Origin: Rhizophagus irregularis | Lineage: Eukaryota | DNA length: 64,000 nucleotides | Assembly: GCF_026210795.1 (NCBI RefSeq) | Contig: NC_089434.1 | Location: forward strand, 2,914,001 to 2,978,000 | Reading direction: 5' to 3' | Shown here: positions 59,941 through 64,000 of the stretch, in pieces | Numbering within the stretch: the first letter of the stretch is position 1 | Layout of the letters: every line of letters begins with the position of its first letter | Position numbers and translations under genes: made by a program | Notes under the pieces: model-generated | The model's input: the letters and a program-made list of their open reading frames with translations, nothing else | Told to the model about the DNA's origin: nothing | Databases searched by the model: none

Positions 59941-62900
59941 TTATTCATTAAATGGATATTCAAATGGTTCTGGTGGGGATGCTTCTTCTTCTTCAGTAAC
60001 TTCAGTTGCTATAATAAAACATGATATTTAATATTTTATTTGATCAATTATATTTGATATTAATTATATTAATTGAAATTCAACTTACCAACAGGTGCAC
60101 TTGGTAAAATTAATTCTTCAGGTTCATTAGGTGACCCATCTACCATCATTAAAATTCCACCAATTACACCCTAAAAATTACAAAATTACAAAATTACATT
60201 AAGTAAATGATAATTACTAATCAATATGTTTATTCTATAATAAAAATAATAACATACACTTTTTACAGGAATATAACGTGAATTTTCTTTAAATGTGATA
60301 TATTGCAACTGCGTTGGCAAAACACGTGCCATGTTTTCAAGAGTTTCATATGATTCTTCTTTTTTCTTTTTTCCTTTTTTATCCTCCTAAAAAAAAAATG
60401 TAAATAAATAATAATAGAATAAAAAAAGATAACACAACCAAACCTTTTCTTCCTCTTTTTTGACATGTTCTGTAGTTTCTTTTTTTTCGTCCTATAATAA
60501 TATTAATTTCATTTAGATAATACATAGGGGACAATTTAATTTATATAAATTTATAATTTATATATACCATATCCATTGCATCTGTATTTTCTGTTCCTTT
60601 TTCCTTTTCGGATTTTTTGGCTCTTGCCTTTGTTTTTGCAGTTGTAGAAAGTACAGCAGTTGCTACCTATAAAATAAAATAAATTCAAATGAAATCAATG
60701 TGCTTTAGTACATAAAAATAATAAAGAGAAACAATACCTTCTCTACAACGTTAGTTGTTGGAGGTTTAGTAGTAGCAGGATACGCAAAAAGTGATGGTTT
60801 TGCATTAGAAATAAATTCAAACTTTGGAATCTTTTACAATTAAAATAAATCAGTAAATTTGATGTCAAATAAATCTAATAAATTTTAAGCCAAAAAATAC
60901 TGATTTTCACCTTCAGATCCTTATTTAAACCAATAATAGCAGTAGGAGTAAAAGCCAAACTTAAGAAATGTGTCAATGGGAACCAATACCAAAATTGTGT
61001 GAATACAGCCATTCCTACAATAGCTGGCATATTTAAATGACCTGATCTTGATTGTAATGAGATCGTTACATTACGACCACCTATTTCAAATAAAAGATAA
61101 ATGCCATATTAAAAAAGATCCCACTTAAATATAGCAATATTATTATATAATTAAAATTAAGAAATACCGGCATCAATAATTCCTTGGCCAAGAACAGCTC
61201 CAAATTTTGCCATTGCATCTTCATGTTTATCATTTATGATTTTCTCATATAATTTACGAGTTGGTGATACCTTTTAGATATTATATGTTAATAAACTTGT
61301 CAATAATAATAGAATATGTTCATATAATTCAAACCTTAGGATTAATAGCATCATTTTGTTGTATTAGAATCATAGCTAAAGAAATGAAAGCGCCCTGTCG
61401 AACATAATCAACAGGATCTTTTGTCATTGGCTCCAAAAGTTCAATGGCTTCCTAATTAAATAGAAATTAAAAACAATGATAAATATGTGAAATATTGAAA
61501 AAGTTTCAAATTTTTTAAGGGATAATAACACAAACCATTAAGCCAGTTCCAGCACATGAAATACCCAAAGCTAATGTGGCGCCATACCGTACATTGGGAT
61601 TATAACTCTCTGATAATAATTGAACTATTCGAGGAACTTGTTTTGGTGTTCTGAATAAGATAAATCCAAGTGCTGTAACAGCAGCACGACGTACATCATC
61701 ATTGACATCACTTACAGCCACGTGTAATAATCGTCGGATAGCTTTATTATTTCCAGTACCACAATAGGCCAATGCAACTGTATATATTCCACCGTACCGT
61801 AAAATTGGGTCCTAAGAAATTTTTTTTCAAATTGAATGATAAAAAAATTTTTTTTTTTTTTACAATACAATTAAAAGTTTCTACATACTTTATCCAGGGT
61901 AAGCTGTTCAACTAGAGCATCTGCAGCCTCTTCTTTACCATACATGATAAGTGAAATCCCAATTGCCAAACCTCTAATAATTTTTTCATGCTGAGTTTCA
62001 TGGGCATATTGCAGCATTTCCCTGATAGCTTTTTTGGAAGCCGTTCCAAGCATAACAAGTCCCATTGTCAAACCAGCAGCTTCTCCCGCAACAGCGCTAT
62101 CGCTGAAAAGAACATCCTTGAGTTCCTCATATATTTCTTATGATTTATGACATAATGGTATCAGAACTAGTTTTTTATATTTGTATATTTTAAGAAATTA
62201 ATAAAGCAACCAAATACCATCATTGCCCGTTGCCATTCCTGCAGTTGCAAGCCCCAAACATGCACCATGCTGAAGGACTTCGGTTTGAGTATTTTTTAAA
62301 GCATTTCTCAAATAATCAAGTACACCAGCACCGTGATTTGCATGAATAAGTCCCAAAGCAAATAAAGAACCGCCTTCTGAATAAGAACTTCCACTCACTC
62401 CATCTTGAGGCAAATAAGGTTGTAGCAAGGAAAGACCTTGAGAAAGATGCCCCTATAATAATTATGTAAAATATTTTATAATGGCTTCCTAAGTTATTCA
62501 TAATAGTCCAAAACTCACTTTGTGTATTACACCCAAAGCTGCTGTTGCACTAAATTTAGACCAATTAGTAGCACGTGAGAGCCATTCCAAATTCTGACGA
62601 AGAAATTCGTCACTTGTTGTTCCAGCATGCATAAACGCATTTGCAAATGTAACGGCCGAATGGTATACTGAGTTCCGGGACTCTAATGCATTCTATTACA
62701 TAAAATTATCAATTATTTTTCAATGGTAATTTACAAGAAAAATAAATACAAAATAATGAATAAATACTTTTGTATTTTTAAGTATAAGTAAATCTGTATG
62801 ATTATTTCGATATAAAAATTCCAAGTGTAATTTGATTGACTCTTCCCCTGAAAGTATACGTTGAATTTTCGCATATTTTTCATCAGTCGGACTCGTGGAC

Positions 62901-64000
62901 TAATAAATAAGACTTAAATTTAGTATGCAATATATATTGATAAAGTATAGGTCACTGTAACATAATTACATATTCCTGGTCATCAGTCTCCATCGCTTCA
63001 CTATCCGATTTTTCATGAGTACTAGTTATTGTACTAGTTACTGGTAACTCCGAACCAACCTTTTGGAGAAATTCTTGGGTAGCGTTATCTTCGAGGTCGA
63101 AAGCAATCTGATATGCCATTAACAAATAAAACTATACAATATAACAAAAATGTTAAGTAAGTTGAATTAACTATTATATTAAATAAATTTAATGATATCA
63201 TACCTCATCTCCTTTTGAAACGAGATCTTTTAACAATCTAGCTGCTTCAATAGGTTTATTTAAGTGAACATAACATTGGCTGATAGAAACATAATCGGGC
63301 TCCGCGAGATTTTGATATAATTTTGCCAGCAGAAGTAAAACCTTAACCAAAAAATTTTTTGCTTATAGTTAACAATTATGAAATGGAAATCTGAGAGATT
63401 TTACTATTAATAAACGATACCTCATTTCTAAAATCTAAATTTAATACTAATGTCATGCTAACTTCTAATACGTAAGCCAAGAGATCCGAAGCCTGACCTT
63501 TAGATATTGCTTGTTCAATAATATCCAAACGACGAGCTTCCAGAGCAATTCCAATTGCCTATAATAGATTATAACACGGATCAAAAAAGTTAAAACTAAG
63601 GCGAAATAATTAAAATAATTAGTAAAAAAACATTTTAAAATAAATACTTGTTTAAATTCACCGTCGTCATAACACCTCTGAAACATACGCTCAACTACGT
63701 CTTGTAAGCGCGGATCAATTTGAATATTACTAGCAGGATCATCTTCATATTGTTTTACACGCAAGGAAATATATTTATCTATACATTTTGCTAAAGTAAA
63801 TAAATTTAATTAATTTTTTTTATTGCAATTTATTTCATAAAATGTCAAGAATCTAAAAATATTAGAATTACATATAATGGTTTCAACGTATTCTGATTTA
63901 GACGACGCGTCAAACATGTCCTCTGCTCCCAATGCAAATGTCAATGAATCATCAAACTCCCCAAGGTGATAATAAACCTATTAGCGAACAATAATATATA
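59941..64000 (-). CDS. RPN2: 26S proteasome regulatory subunit Rpn2/PSMD1, 5' part outside the window
   Basis: [84 protein letters not shown]-terminal PPEPFEY. Confidence 0.97.

Overview
AT-rich, intron-dense fungal DNA; intron style and repeat content suggest an arbuscular mycorrhizal fungus (Glomeromycota), which is inference. Positions 1-20.5 kb hold nine housekeeping genes (condensin Ycs4, RPC19, mitoferrin, EMC2, RPS20, an F-box/WD40 protein, a small UPF0390-like basic protein, CCT8, a CARM1-like methyltransferase) and a degraded Fanzor/TnpB-like remnant at about 7.4-7.7 kb. Positions 20.9-59.7 kb are a repeat island, and RPN2 (5' end outside the window) closes it. The main observation is a ~0.96 kb non-autonomous pogo/Tc1-mariner-type element (34733-59647) inflated to ~25 kb by 13 retro-insertions at two fixed internal target sequences. 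Site A (TTTTATCCTTTTCC, inserts on minus) has 9 inserts and site B (ATAATCACCAAATAT, inserts on plus) has 4, each separated by a copy of the target. The inserts are two sister families of poly(A)-less APE-RT-RNaseH LINEs, two site-matched subfamilies of a ~1 kb tRNA-headed SINE-like element, and twice an RT-less ~2.7 kb passenger with a ~777-aa unknown ORF fused to LINE 3' tails. An empty copy of site B is present at ~23.3 kb. All calls are by eye, without database searches.
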